Source: Microthyrium microscopicum (lineage: Eukaryota). From it: DNA of 64,000 nucleotides. The notes under the pieces were generated by a model. That model made no database searches, was not told where the DNA came from, and was given only the letters and a program-made list of their open reading frames with translations. The stretch is taken from positions 1,127,530 to 1,191,529 of the forward strand of contig MU004238.1 of NCBI GenBank assembly GCA_010405405.1, written 5' to 3'. This document shows, one piece after another, positions 35,387 to 47,699 of this stretch (the first letter of the stretch is position 1; every line of letters starts with the position of its first letter). The translations under genes and the position numbers were made by a program.

Positions 35387-37172
35387 ATGGCCTCCTCGTC
35401 CTCAGGTAGTAATCGACGTCCACCAACCAACGGTATTCGGCCCCGAAACACGAGAGAAATAGGCCATATGCTGGCTCGACTGGCTGTTCACGATGCCGCA
35501 GCGCCCACTGGTAGTAAAGGTCTCCAAGAGTTCCCGACCGAAATCCTTAGCAATATATTAGCCTGGATTGACCAAGACGCCAATGTGCTAGTCCGATGCG
35601 ATCGACGAGCATATCTGTCGCACGAAAGCTTCAGGACCCCAGAGAGCAATATTGATCCGGAGCATGATCATCACAAAGATGTCGAGAACTTTAGATTGAC
35701 TTGCAAAACGTTCGCAGATGTAGGCGTTGAGCATCAATTTACTCGCGTCACCGTGAGGTTTAATGAAAAGGACTTTGAGAAACTAGAGGGTATCTCCAAG
35801 GATCCAAAACTCGCCTTGTGTGTCAGGAAATTCTCATACATGGTACCTTGTGGCTTCTATTGTAACGTTGAAGAAGGTCTGATAATCTTTTATCTTGGCC
35901 GTTTATAAAGCTAATTAACATGTAGTGTTTAATAGACCGCTTCCAAAAGATTCTTTCACCAACGCGGATAATAGGAATACCCCTAATACTCCCGACCTCC
36001 CTGAAGAAGATCTCCTCAAGTTCATTCAAAGGAAAGAAGAACATACCAGGATCATCCGATCTAGGCTTGACCGAAGGGCAATACAAGCCGCTTTTGCATC
36101 TTTCAAGAACCTTCAACACGTTCAGCTGTGTAAGCTTCAAGATGATATTGATACGCGCCTCTTGTATCATCAAACACAATTTCCCGGTCTTATAGACTGG
36201 GTACAGCTTGACTGGGCTTCCTCGTGTGTTTATGGCACAAGGTGTATCGCCGAGATGCTGCTGAAAACCAGCAATACCTGTAGTAGATTCTCATCGCCAC
36301 ACCTCAACTCTAACAGCGCAGCCCTTCTGGTGAGCAACCCGTTAGGTGTGGAAATGAATGGATCTCTGGATAGCTTGGCCTCGCGATTGACCTGCCTTGA
36401 ACTGCTCTTTGACAGAGACGTAGACTTGGTCGAGCGAAATCGTCTTCAGTCACTGCCATTTGGTTCAATCTTTCGAAGTGCTACAAACCTTGAAGCACTT
36501 CACGTTGGCTTTCCAGACCCTATCACAGTCGAATTGGAGGTGGTATTCCACGATATCAAGTTCCACAAACTGGTAGCTTTTGGTATTCAAGGCTGGTCTC
36601 TGACAGCAGATGAGATTATCGATCTCGCCCGCCGGCACAAGGACAAACTTAGGGGACTTCGTCTTCGTCAGATCTACCTCAAGGATGAAAGTCGTTGGAA
36701 AGACGTGTTATTCTTTCTTCGCACTGAAATGAGCCACCTCGAATGGGTCAGCCTTCGTGGCATTGGATACCAATCATACCTAGATGAGAGGGCAAACGGC
36801 ATTGATTTGTCAGATATTATCGAAAGCGACGATGAAGAAGATGAGGATGAAAGTCAACTCGCCGCCAGGCTTGCTCAGCACGACAGAGATCCGCCAGTCC
36901 AGAGTCAGGAACAGATTGAGGACCTTGACGACATAGCCTCGGAGCAGAGCGAATACACACCATCACATACGGGCTCAGATATCGAGATAGATTTCCCTCC
37001 CCACATACGAGTTCCCCGGATCACCTTACGCTGCGACTGCGCACGACCCCAAATAGTCTCGCTCGAAGAAGCAGAGGAAGAACTTGGCGACGTTCAAGAC
37101 TTTGTCTCCAACGTAACGCGTACACGCTGGGAAAAATGGGTCATCAACCAATGTCCCGAACATACAGCCTGA
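35387..37172 (+). CDS. Fungal hypothetical protein with F-box-like N-terminal motif and LRR-like/acidic C-terminal region
   Basis: Intron 35877..35925 joins ORFs 35387..35908 and 35925..37172 in frame. LQEFPTEILSNILAWI..FRLTCKTFA is F-box-like; LxxLxL repeats (LTCLELLF, LEALHVGF, LRGLRLRQIYL, LEWVSLRGI). TATAAA at 35210. Confidence 0.75.
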
Positions 37173-38668
37173 GTGATAACACGCATAACTTGAGTGACAG
37201 TACTGCTTGCGGAAATGTTCTCGATCGATGCAGTAGTGAGATTTCTTGTGAGGCTCAATGAAATATGGGGCATTTGATAGACCCCGTTAGGCTCAGAGAC
37301 TAGAGTCTACCTGACAAAGCGTCAGAGAAAAGATTCCCAGCGCAAACCGGTCCAGCATCCACGGCTTGACTGAAATGCAAGAGTGCGTTTTGACAAGCGA
37401 ATACACCTGCAACACGTGGCCATATGCAACCACGATCATCGCAGCTGCAGCTGGAACGACATGGGCATCACCTGGTGGCTTATTTGACCTTTTTCGAACA
37501 GCATTAGCAAGAGGGGATTCTCCTTTTTGGTTTGTCGGTTATTCTCGGACAAGATATTGGGGATTGATGGGTGGGTGGCATACTGGGTGGCACTAGCGTG
37601 CTTTCTTTAAAGAATTACTGCTTGGGATTGCGTTCGTTTTTTTGGAGACCTTATTGGGCGGTGAAGTTATGATCATGACGGTTTATCTTTCTTCTGCATT
37701 TTGAATGCTTGATAATACTTGAGCTGCTTGGGAACAACTTGAGAACATGCGTTATACTCGTTTGAGCGTAGCCCACTGGGCAATCAATTACCTTCTTTTG
37801 CACATATCAAGATATTCGCCGAGAAAAGGACGTGTTTATGTTCTATATTGAGTGCAAAATTGCAGGATGATTGACTGGCCCATGGGTAGAGTAGACCAAC
37901 AAGTTGATGACTTCTCGGGTCTTCGAAGCCTTCTCCTTGCGATTGCTGTGAACAGAAAAGAAACCTCGATCGACGGAGACGTTGAGATAAAGCTATCGTT
38001 CTCAATGCTGTTGCCGTGTCTGAGAAGTCAAGACATGTCCAGTCCAAATAATATGCAGCCAACATGTCAGCCGAAATGGCAGTGACCAAACCTTAATGAC
38101 GAAACAAGTCACTTCTCATCGGAAAGAGAGGCTCTTGAGTATGAGCGAGGTAGCAGTTGGCCTAGAAAGTAGACAGAACCTGCAAGAATTAGCAGTATCA
38201 ATCCAAGTCATAAATCGCTTCAGCATCGAATAACTAATTCACCACCAGCTGCAAATGAGCATCACCAAATCACCGCCGCCATGCCCAGAGCTCTGCAATC
38301 CGTGGTCGATCTCCGGCCAACCATTCATCAAAAGACGCGAGTCTACAGGACCTGATGAGAGACGAGAGAGAGATGATGGAAGTATTGTGAGAGGATGGCC
38401 CAGCCCCCAGGTTTTAAGCGCGACAAACGCAGTTAGCGCCAACTTCACCAACAACTCTTCTCCCGCTTGTGGACAACAGCATCCAGCCCAAGCAGCGCCA
38501 GTCGACGCACTACACAACACCCTACAGAACCTACGCCTCTTACCGACCTCTTCCCCTATCGACCCGCTAATTACGCCCTGCTCGCGCCTAACTTGCTCCC
38601 CCGAGCCGCTGCAGCATGCGAAGTCTGCTTTACCACCAAACCAAGCGCTGACTCTACAACTGGGCGTG

Positions 38669-40669
38669 ATGCCCGACGAACTACAGCTTCCACCTCCCTC
38701 ATCCTTTGGGAATCCAGCCCGTTCGCCTAGCCAGCAGCAGCAGAACAATAGCAACAATCCATTCCTGAACTTGCCTGCCTCGCTGCGCTCCACTCCGGGC
38801 ATCAATCTTCAGCAGGCCAGTCCACGCACTTCCATGTACAACCCAGCAAGTGCATCATCGTCAGGAGTTCCTGGCAGTTTACAACCAGGAGGGTCGGGCG
38901 CTGCGAGCGCTGCTCCATCTACAACTACATCTAGTCGACCACCGACTCTTCAGTCGTCGTATACCACTCCTGCTGTGCCCCATATAAACACCAATGCGCA
39001 ACAATACACGCTTCCAACTCGCTCCAATACAATTTCTCAAAGTGGGCCTCCGAGTGCGTCGCATTCATACTCTCATAGCAGTCCCGCTGGATTGACGGAG
39101 CAAAAATATATCCCTTTTTCCGCTGGTGGCTCGGATCCTCATTCAGCTGCACTTGACAACATGGCGTCACCCAAATATCCTCAAACTCCCCAACAAAAGG
39201 GTCCTCAATTCTATTCACCTCAGACGCCAACAGGCAATGCTCTGCAATCGCCATTGGTGCTAGATCAGATTAGGCCCAGAGCAAACTCGACTATGAATGA
39301 CGAATCAAACTTACAAGGGCAGATACAAGCAACAAACTCAAACTACGTGGCGCCATGGGCATCGTTTGCGTTTGACTGGTGTAAATATCCCGTTACACAG
39401 GGTAACAGTGCGGGAAAGATAGCCATTGGCAGCTATCTTGAAGATCCTCATAATTTCGTAAGTTCGACACGCATCGAATTGAGCCATACTAATATTGAGT
39501 ATAGATCCAAATCATTGATACAACAATAACGCCTCAGGACGGAGGACCAGGGTACGGAATCGAGTACACGCGGGTAGCGGAAGCAACATGCTCATATCCG
39601 GTAACTCGCATATTATGGGAACCTCCAATATCCCAAAAGCAATCGACAGATCTTCTTGCAACTTCCGGCGACCACCTAAGGCTTTGGTCATTGCCCAGCA
39701 GTTCTGTCGCAACATCAAATACTATCACAAGATCATCGACCGTCAATACTCGGGAACCTGCTCCCCAAAAACTCACACCACTTGCGCTATTGTCTAATTC
39801 CAAAACTCCCGAACACACTGCCCCACTCACCTCACTGGATTGGAATACGCTTTCACCAAAACTGATTATTACGAGCAGCATTGATACGACCTGTACCATT
39901 TGGGATATACCCACACTAACTGCCAAAACACAACTTATTGCTCATGACAAGGAGGTTTACGATGTACGATTCTGCGCTGGTAGCGTTGACGTTTTTGTTT
40001 CTTGCGGAGCAGATGGAAGTGTCCGCATGTTTGATTTACGTAGCTTGGAACACAGCACGATTATTTATGAGCCAAGTGAGAAAGGTCAGGACGGCAGCGC
40101 AGCAGGTCAGTCTACAAACAACTAACCAGGATTTGAATCTTTACTAAATCTTGTCATTAGGAACTCCACCATCTCCAACAAAATCCAATAACCAAACACT
40201 CGTCCACGCCCCACCACTTCTCCGTCTCGCCGCATCACCCCACGACTCTCATCTCCTTGGCACCTTTGCTGCCGACTCTAACATTGTGCGCATCCTCGAC
40301 GTGCGCCAACCGGGTCAAGCTCTTCTCGAACTGCGCGGCCATGCTGCCGCCATCAATGCAGTCGAATGGTCACCCTCGCGGCGCGGCGTACTAGCCACGG
40401 GAGGTGATGATGGTCTCGTACTCGTCTGGGATATCTGGAATGCTAGCAACGGCGCTGTACTCAACGGCGGGCCCGGCGCAGACGCCAACAACGGCGTGGC
40501 AGGCAGCACGCAAGGCCAGCAAGTTGGAGCAAAGGGCCCAGCCAGCTGGTGGCGCTGTGATTATGAGGTTGGCAATCTGTCATGGGCGCCGCAGAGTGGC
40601 TTGACCAGCCAGGGCGGAGAGTGGCTAGGCGTTAGTGGTGGACGAGGAATATGGGGTGTCAAAATCTGA
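38669..40669 (+). CDS. WD40-repeat protein, DCAF7/WDR68/AN11 family, with a long low-complexity N-terminus
   Basis: Introns 39458..39504 and 40106..40160. Motifs [47 protein letters not shown] and [22 protein letters not shown]. Start codon uncertain (38255, 38669 or later). Confidence 0.88.
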
Positions 40670-40916
40670 GAGAGCGAAGAAGCGTCGCTACTACATGGGA
40701 TGGATGTACGCTGTGCATGTCATGGGATCGGATTGGTCATCTCACGATTTTGGGTTCTTGGAAGCATGAAGTTGTAGCGGGTATGGAGTTGTACGTGTTG
40801 CTTTTTTATGAAAGAGAATTAACCCCCTTTTTTATCTACTACGTGCCTAACTAGAATACAAAAAGCTCGATAGATGCTTTCGTTCTCTTTAACCGCATCC
40901 TGCCTTTATGGAACTA

Positions 40917-41095
40917 CTATCTGTGTTCATGTCGACGCTTCACGATGTTGATGACCGCTTGCCATGCCGCCTCACACCCACGATGGTGCCATAGATCATA
41001 TTGGGGCATCACCGTGCCGGGGCAACCGCCTGATGGGCAAGCAGTTATGCCGTACTCGTGTGGCCACATGAATAGGATATGATGTTGCTGCACAT
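40917..41095 (-). pseudogene. Frameshifted small Cys/His-rich protein gene (MC..Y.CGH type)
   Basis: ATG 41095 follows a CAA-rich leader and reads MCSNIISYSCGH. A shift near 41060 continues EYGITACPSGGCPGTVMPQYDLWHHRGCEAAWQAVINIVKRRHEHR*. Minus-strand TATAAAA at 41206..41212. Confidence 0.5.
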
Positions 41096-42921
41096 GTTGC
41101 GTTGGTTGATTTGTGATTTGCTTTGCGATTAGTGTATAAACTTTAGTGAGCGTATAATGAGTGCTGAGTACTAAGGAGCGAGCTTGAGCACAAAATCATG
41201 AGTGTTTTTATATGCTCTGTTGACTACTATCATACCTTGATACTTAGATCAAGATGGCATTGGAACGACAATGAGGTTCACTTCTATCTTCTGATGTATA
41301 TCCTGCAAGAGTCTGGCGTGTAGCCCTAAAGAGTTGTGGATATGGATACCAGTGATCTATGAGCAGGAAGGCACTTGGATGGGAATCGAGGTGTGTTCCT
41401 ATTGCTACTGCTGTTGCAAATCATTGGCTATATGACAGTCATAGAAGATAGTTACTGTGTTCTTTGCAAAAAAGAATCTGCGAGCAATTACAACGGATAA
41501 TCCGACTTGAGTGATGCTATGTATATCAATTATGAATGGATGAGAAACGATGTTGATGCTTGCCCGTTTGTCATTGAACTGACATTTGAGCCCAGATCAC
41601 TCTTTCTGAACCTTTTTTTTTACTGCAAATCGGCTTTTACAATCCTTAAAAGCAATTTTTACACGTAGTTTGATATTGTGAGTCAAGAAATAAGGTGAAA
41701 TGAGGAAGTCAGTCCTTGTCAGTCGCTTATAGAATGAAGAACTCTAACGTGATCTGTAGCAAATCTTCAGGCCATCTTTTCATCATGGATTTTACAAGCC
41801 TGGAAATACGCAGTGCCATATCAGAAGGAACAATTATATGTATTTGATTTTAAGTCTGCAACAACCATGGCGTAGCAAAAGAAAAATGGCCTATAGCTCA
41901 TCCATTGATTGTACTGTCGATATAACAGAGAAGGAATTTGATCCTATGGACACTTCACACCTGTTCTTGACAATGCAATACGTAAAACTCCTTATGCAAC
42001 ATACGCTATGAACAGGCTGCTCCAATGAGAATCCAAATGTAGTATACGAGGAATTGCGAGTATGTATGCCCAAAGTGGGCCTATGGATTCACCCAACAAT
42101 GAGCAAACGACCTGTACGGTCTGTCAAGACGCACAAGATATCGACGGCTCTACTGTAGAGCCATATACCGATGGCCTCTTCATCGGCTCGACCGTCTTAT
42201 TTATTGAAGTTTACACCGACACTTCCCTTGCCTCCATCGATGTTATGCACTACACCGCCATTAGTAAGACGTCAACTATCGCGGAGTCACTCCGCTCAAG
42301 ATATCTTATTAGACTTACTCTCAGCGAGGCGAAACTTACCATTCAATACGAGGTGAAGAAAGACAAATCAAATGCGCTAACGATGGCTGAGCAGCTGAGG
42401 TTGCAGCCAAGACAGCCAAGGATGGCATTTTGTCATCTTCCCCTTGTCATCCATCCTCTCCCAAAATACATCAGCGCTGTGGCTGCAACAAAAACTCCTA
42501 CACACCCGTAATAGTTACCTGCGGACGCATTTGGCTTAGAGTACTATGGGTTCAACCTTTTGCGCTGTAGCATTTTCGTGGTGGCTCAGATACTGCCACC
42601 ACCATACTCTTACTCTCAAGAACCACCCTCTCGTGTGCTGTTCACGATGGTGCCATATGCAGAGCTTCAGCTCCGCTGCCAAGTGTCATACCGAACTCAG
42701 CCAGATGGCATGCTAATGCTGAGAATAGATCAATAGAGGCAACGAGAGAAATCCTCCAAGCCGTGAGTATCTTGTATATAAGAGATGTAAGTCTTGCTGT
42801 TCTAAACATTATCATCACAACAACAATCAATCCAATCTTCTCAACAATACAATCTTCAACTTCCAATCTCAACCAACCTTCTTGTCACCAACCAAACCAA
42901 CCAATCAACCAATCAATCAAA

Positions 42922-43296
42922 ATGCAATTCACCATCGCTACTATTGTTTCTCTCCTCGCCGCCGTCTCCATGGCCGCCCCAGCTGATCGCACCACGGTCC
43001 AGCTCACCAACGACCAGACTGGTCGCAACGCTGCCGCTGTCATCCCTCTTGATGGCATTCCTCGCCAGATCACCGCCCTCTACGGCGGCAGCGCGGTTGA
43101 CAACGCCGGCCTCATCACTGCCACCAGCGCTCAACTCATTCAGATCGTTCAGGGTGCCGCTTGCGTCTTTGCTGGCCCAGGTGGTGCTGCGTTCGCTACT
43201 CTCAACGATCGCAAGACCTTTGTCGATGTTGATGGAAACCCAGCCAATGCTATCCCTGTTGTTCTCAACGATGCTACTCTCCAGTGTGAGCTTTAA
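42922..43296 (+). CDS. Small secreted protein (124 aa, two Cys), fungal hypothetical
   Basis: MQFTIATIVSLLAAVSMAAP signal peptide; TCAAAATG start context; CCAA/CAAT-rich leader; TATATAA at 42775..42781; strong C/T-ending codon bias. Confidence 0.88.
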   Translation: MQFTIATIVSLLAAVSMAAPADRTTVQLTNDQTGRNAAAVIPLDGIPRQITALYGGSAVDNAGLITATSAQLIQIVQGAACVFAGPGGAAFATLNDRKTFVDVDGNPANAIPVVLNDATLQCEL

Positions 43297-43779
43297 GTAC
43301 TGAGTTGACGAATACGACTCTTCATTGTTTCGAAATTGCATAGCGCGAATGGCATGGGATGGTAGCATAGCATGGACAGTTCCTTTTTTAATTTTTAGAC
43401 GACTTAGTCACTTAGTATAATAGACCAGCTTTAAACCCTTATATTTACTTCCTCCTATAAATGCATTAAAGTATTTGTGCCCATGATGAGCAAATTGTAT
43501 TCTAGCCAACCGGTCGGTCAAATAAATGGCGCGCTCCTGTCAGCCTCGTTGGCTCCTAGACGCTACGCTCTTTTATCGAGTGCTTTGTTTGCCATGAGAA
43601 ATGTTCAGATTCGAATGATTTATCAAAAACAACGGGAGATGTAGCACCTTTTGCTTACGAGCGTTAGTATAACTTAGCCTTCAGAGTTGATGGGAAGACG
43701 CCATTATTTTGCCATGTCGTTGCTAGCTAAAGGATATTTTAGAAATAAATAGGAGATAACACATAACTCTATGCTTAAA

Positions 43780-44482
43780 TTATCCAGACGGCCACCAGAA
43801 AGCCTGTTGTTCCGCAGTGATGGAAGCAAAAACTGAACATCCTTCAAAAGTTTCTCTCGTCCCGGGTTCCCAATCCCAATCCTCCACGCAATCTCTTATT
43901 TCATGACTTAGCATGCTTTCTTCTGTCCAACGAAGGATGGGGGAGGTTGGCAAGCCATCACTTACGAGCTACTTGAGAGAAAGCTGTGAGGGTTTTGCTA
44001 GTTCGAAATCGATCCTTACCAGTAACAGTTTAGAATCCTCATATAATATTCTAGAATCCTTGGAATTGCAACGAAAAATAACATTCCTTGCTACAACATC
44101 CTTATGCTCTATGCCCTCAGCAGCTACCATCGACTCTAATATGATCTTCTTGACATAATTTTGGCGCATTCGCATTGGAAGAACTTCGTAGGCGACGCGA
44201 TGAGACGAATACAATGAACGCTGTCCGAATACTCGAAATCGGTCATGAAGGAGCGAAAGTAATTTGGAATTAGAGCCCTTGGACCGACTGTAGGTGACTG
44301 TAAGCTGCAGTTTCTCGAATATTATTGCGCTGGGTGCCATTGATTCCATCGTACTTCGGGACTTTTACATTCGTAAAAATTGGCTGGTAGAATTTGGCTA
44401 TGAGCGGATTCGGCGATATCTGAACCAATTGGGCTTTCCATATTTGTGACATCTTGTACTTTCCGATACTAAATGGTGCCAA
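43780..44482 (-). pseudogene. Protein-kinase-like pseudogene (fungal atypical kinase family)
   Basis: Kinase-like motifs are spread over three frames: IAKFYQP..RETAAYSHLQSVQG; IPNYFRSF..IRLI; GIEHKDVVARNVI..RIDFE. An in-frame TAG at 43969..43971 is followed by SPILRW..DWDW..ASIT. The 5' boundary is approximate. Confidence 0.7.
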
Positions 44483-45110
44483 AAAACTTGAGGTTGGAAG
44501 CTTTACCGGTGTCTCCGCCAGGACGAGGTTCTTGACATCTCTCGAGGATATTCATTGCTCTGATGTCCAAACAGATCGTGATCCAAGCTTTACTTCGTAC
44601 CGGGTTAGAAAAAAAGTGTAAACCACTCAGGGAACAAAACCGGGTCAAAAGTGTAAAGCGGATAATTTCATTCGTTCATGTTGTTTCACCTGAAGTGGCC
44701 TTACACCTGGCCATGCTGGCCGTCTACCCCAGATATCAAAGCTCCTTACCGCATCGACATCATCAGGGGAGTTCCGCTTTGGTTGATATCAGATGGACAG
44801 ATATAAATGAAGGGCTACGATTAGCAGGGAGACACGTACGGAAAATAGCCGGCATTAGCATACTAGCAGAGTTGGCCTACGAAACAAATTGAAGAAATGC
44901 TTACGCGGAGTATAGGGTGACAGGTCAAATTATGGTCAATCTAAAATCCGGAATAATTTTTGCATAACCACGAGGTATGATTTTTTGAGATGTAGGGTCT
45001 ATATACCGTTCACATAGTCTCAATTCTTCTCTTGTTTACTTCCTGCCTACCTCTATCTATCTACCAATTAGCACACTACAGAACTCATAGTTCTACACAT
45101 TCATTTTACC

Positions 45111-45875
45111 ATGAAGCTTATCGCAGCCGCAGCTCTTTCATTTGCGGGCGCCGCCGTCGCACAAGGCTGCGCTAAAGTGTACGTCTTTGGTGCTCGAGAG
45201 ACGACTGTTTCCCCAGGCTACGGCAGTGCTGGTGCTCTCATCAATCAGATTAAATCCGCATACCCGGGAACCGGATCTGAAGCTATTGTGTATCCAGCAT
45301 GTGGTGGGCAAAGCAGCTGCGGAGGCATGGCATATGATGCTTCTGCATCCAAAGGAACACAAGCGGTTGTTACAGCAGTCACGAACTACAACAAGAGGTG
45401 TCCGGATTCGCAGATAATCTTAGTTGGATACTCTCAGGTGAGCAACAACGTTCGCTTCCGTTCCACAAACATTGAAACTAACATCATTGAAGGGTGGTCA
45501 AATTATGGATAATGCAGTCTGTGGAGGAGCTGGCGCAACTCTCAGTGGATCAGCAATGGCTGCTGTCAAGGCTGCTATCTTCATGGGCGACCCGCATAAC
45601 ATTGCTGGTCTTCCTTATAATGTTGGCACCTGCAAGGCTCAAGGAGTATGTCAACACCGTCAATCATTGCCTCGGTGTTTATGATATAAACTAATCTCGC
45701 TCAGTTCTCGCCTCGTAAACAAGGTTTCACCTGTGCTCATGCTAGCATCATTCAATCTTACTGCGATGCCGCGGATCCATATTGCTGCAAGGGTAATAAT
45801 CAGAACACTCATCAAGGATACGTTCGGGAGTACGGTTCGCAAGCCATGGCTTTCATCAAGAGCAAGGTCAAGTAA
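45111..45875 (+). CDS. Acetylxylan esterase, cutinase-like (CE5, AXE II type)
   Basis: Signal peptide; GARET, IVYPACGGQ, GYSQ|GG nucleophile motif, MGDP, SYCDAADPYCC and HQGY. Introns 45438..45492 and 45646..45704. Confidence 0.93.
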
Positions 45876-46179
45876 ATCAATCGGCTGTTGAAGGTAAGAA
45901 AGAGGAAGGAGACATTAAGAGTTGAAAGGATGATGGAAAGACAAGTGCTATAAACACCAAGCATCTAAAGTGCTAAAATATCAATACCATAATCTAACGA
46001 AATTGGAAACTGACTCTGTTTCCTTAACATTCTCTATATTGTAGGTCCGGAAGTCGCGAATGACTGTGGAAATAAAGCAGACAGATCAGAGCCGAATAAT
46101 GATATTATTTGAAGAACTACGAACACACTATTGCACTATTATGCTGCCATATCCTAAATCGCGACAAGTCAAGTCTTGA

Positions 46180-46768
46180 CTAACATGTGCCTGTAAGCTC
46201 ACAAGGAACCCGACATCTGTCCGCGACACAGATCAAGCCATCGCAGCAGGCATAGCTCATGCCATTTTCGAAGCAGAAGCCATAGTTTGGACGACAAGTT
46301 CCAGTTTGAGTTTGCACCAACTGATTATTTTCGCAGTAATATTGATCATAGTTGTAACAAGCGTCCCCGCAGCGGAGGGTCGCCTTGCCATTGATCACTG
46401 GGCACAAAAAGTTGCCGTCGAAGCAGACGTACTGTGGAAGCATTAGTACCAGTTTCTTCAAAACTCAGGCGTAGGTGAGGTTGTCTTACCTGGGAGTCGT
46501 AATACTGAGCTGGTCCACAGTTGAGAAGAGTATCAGGCTGGTTAGGATCGTTCAACACGAGCTGGTTGTTCGAGCAAGCATATTGAGATTGCAAGTAACA
46601 AGCATCTCCACAGCGAAGTGTCGGTACGCCATTTGAAATGGGGCACAGGAAGGAGTTGTCGAAACAAGTATATTGAGACGGGTAGTATGGCGCAGTGCCG
46701 CAGTTTCTGAGATCCTCTGCGAACCCCGTTGTCGCCAAAGCAAGGAAGGATATCAAAGAAAGCTTCAT
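46180..46768 (-). CDS. Secreted Cys-rich protein: two CBM52-like modules plus a C-terminal knottin-like module
   Basis: Signal peptide MKLSLISFLALATTGFA; intron 46432..46489. Two repeats of CGxAxYxxSQYxCFDxxFLCPxxNGxxTLRCGDACYxxxQYxCxNNQLV; tail C-x6-C-x8-CC-x4-C-x4-C-x3-C-x5-C. Confidence 0.85.
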
Positions 46769-47699
46769 ATTGTATGGATTGGTTTGAAGTTGTTTTGAGA
46801 GATGAGAATGCACAAATAATGATTTCACGATCTACAAGTAAGCTTCACAACGGTCGTTCGGCAACTTTTATACATCGCCTCGGGCTCGACCAGGTCAACC
46901 GTAGGAATGGACAACGTCGTATTCAGTGGCACATCAAAATACGCTACTCGTGAACTTTCATTGTTTGACGATGGTCAGTCGATGGTTATGTGATATGCTA
47001 CATGGATCGACATGTGAAGGGCAACGACAGCCGATTCGAGCCGCTGTTGTACACAGAGATCTCTCTCGTATGATGTTCTAGAAGAATGCGGTTACTTCGT
47101 AGTCGAATGGTATCATCTTCCCCTGAACTAACTCCAGCTCGAGACTAACATTACAAAGCAATATAACCTCAATGAAATTCCGTCTTTGGCTTCAAGTTGT
47201 ATCGGTAACCTGGGGCAAGTGTAAATATCGGTGTGTCTGGTGAGGAGAAGTTGTAAACACCAGTAAGGGGCCATGAGTTTTACTGGGAATATACGAGTTG
47301 ATTAAAATAGTCCAAAATCTGATTGGTAGGTTTATTGCAAGAAAACAGGACTTTGAAATCAATAGTCAGCCAATAATTCGTATCACAGAATCTAATTGTG
47401 TCTTCTCCCTTGCTTGAGCATGATGTGACACTACTTCTAGTCGTTATGGCCACGCCGAGGTAAAATGGATACAGTGCTGCCCATCAGCTAACACACAGAG
47501 ATCCTGTCAGATCCCATGACTGGTGTATTGATATTTTGGAGTAGCTGAAGAGCGAAAGGATTACAACAACAAAGAGTCAGATAATGGCTTTGATGGATGT
47601 GAGAATTTTGGTTGGTCATGGTTTTCTCGGTGGAAACTACCCCTGAAAACAGAGTAAACAAATACAATATCATACGTGCATATCTCATAAACTTTGCGT

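Noticed and set aside
42062..42511. 149-aa ORF with a CxxC
   Set aside because: No recognisable domain, codon bias or coherent splice structure. It may be a relic but is unsupported.
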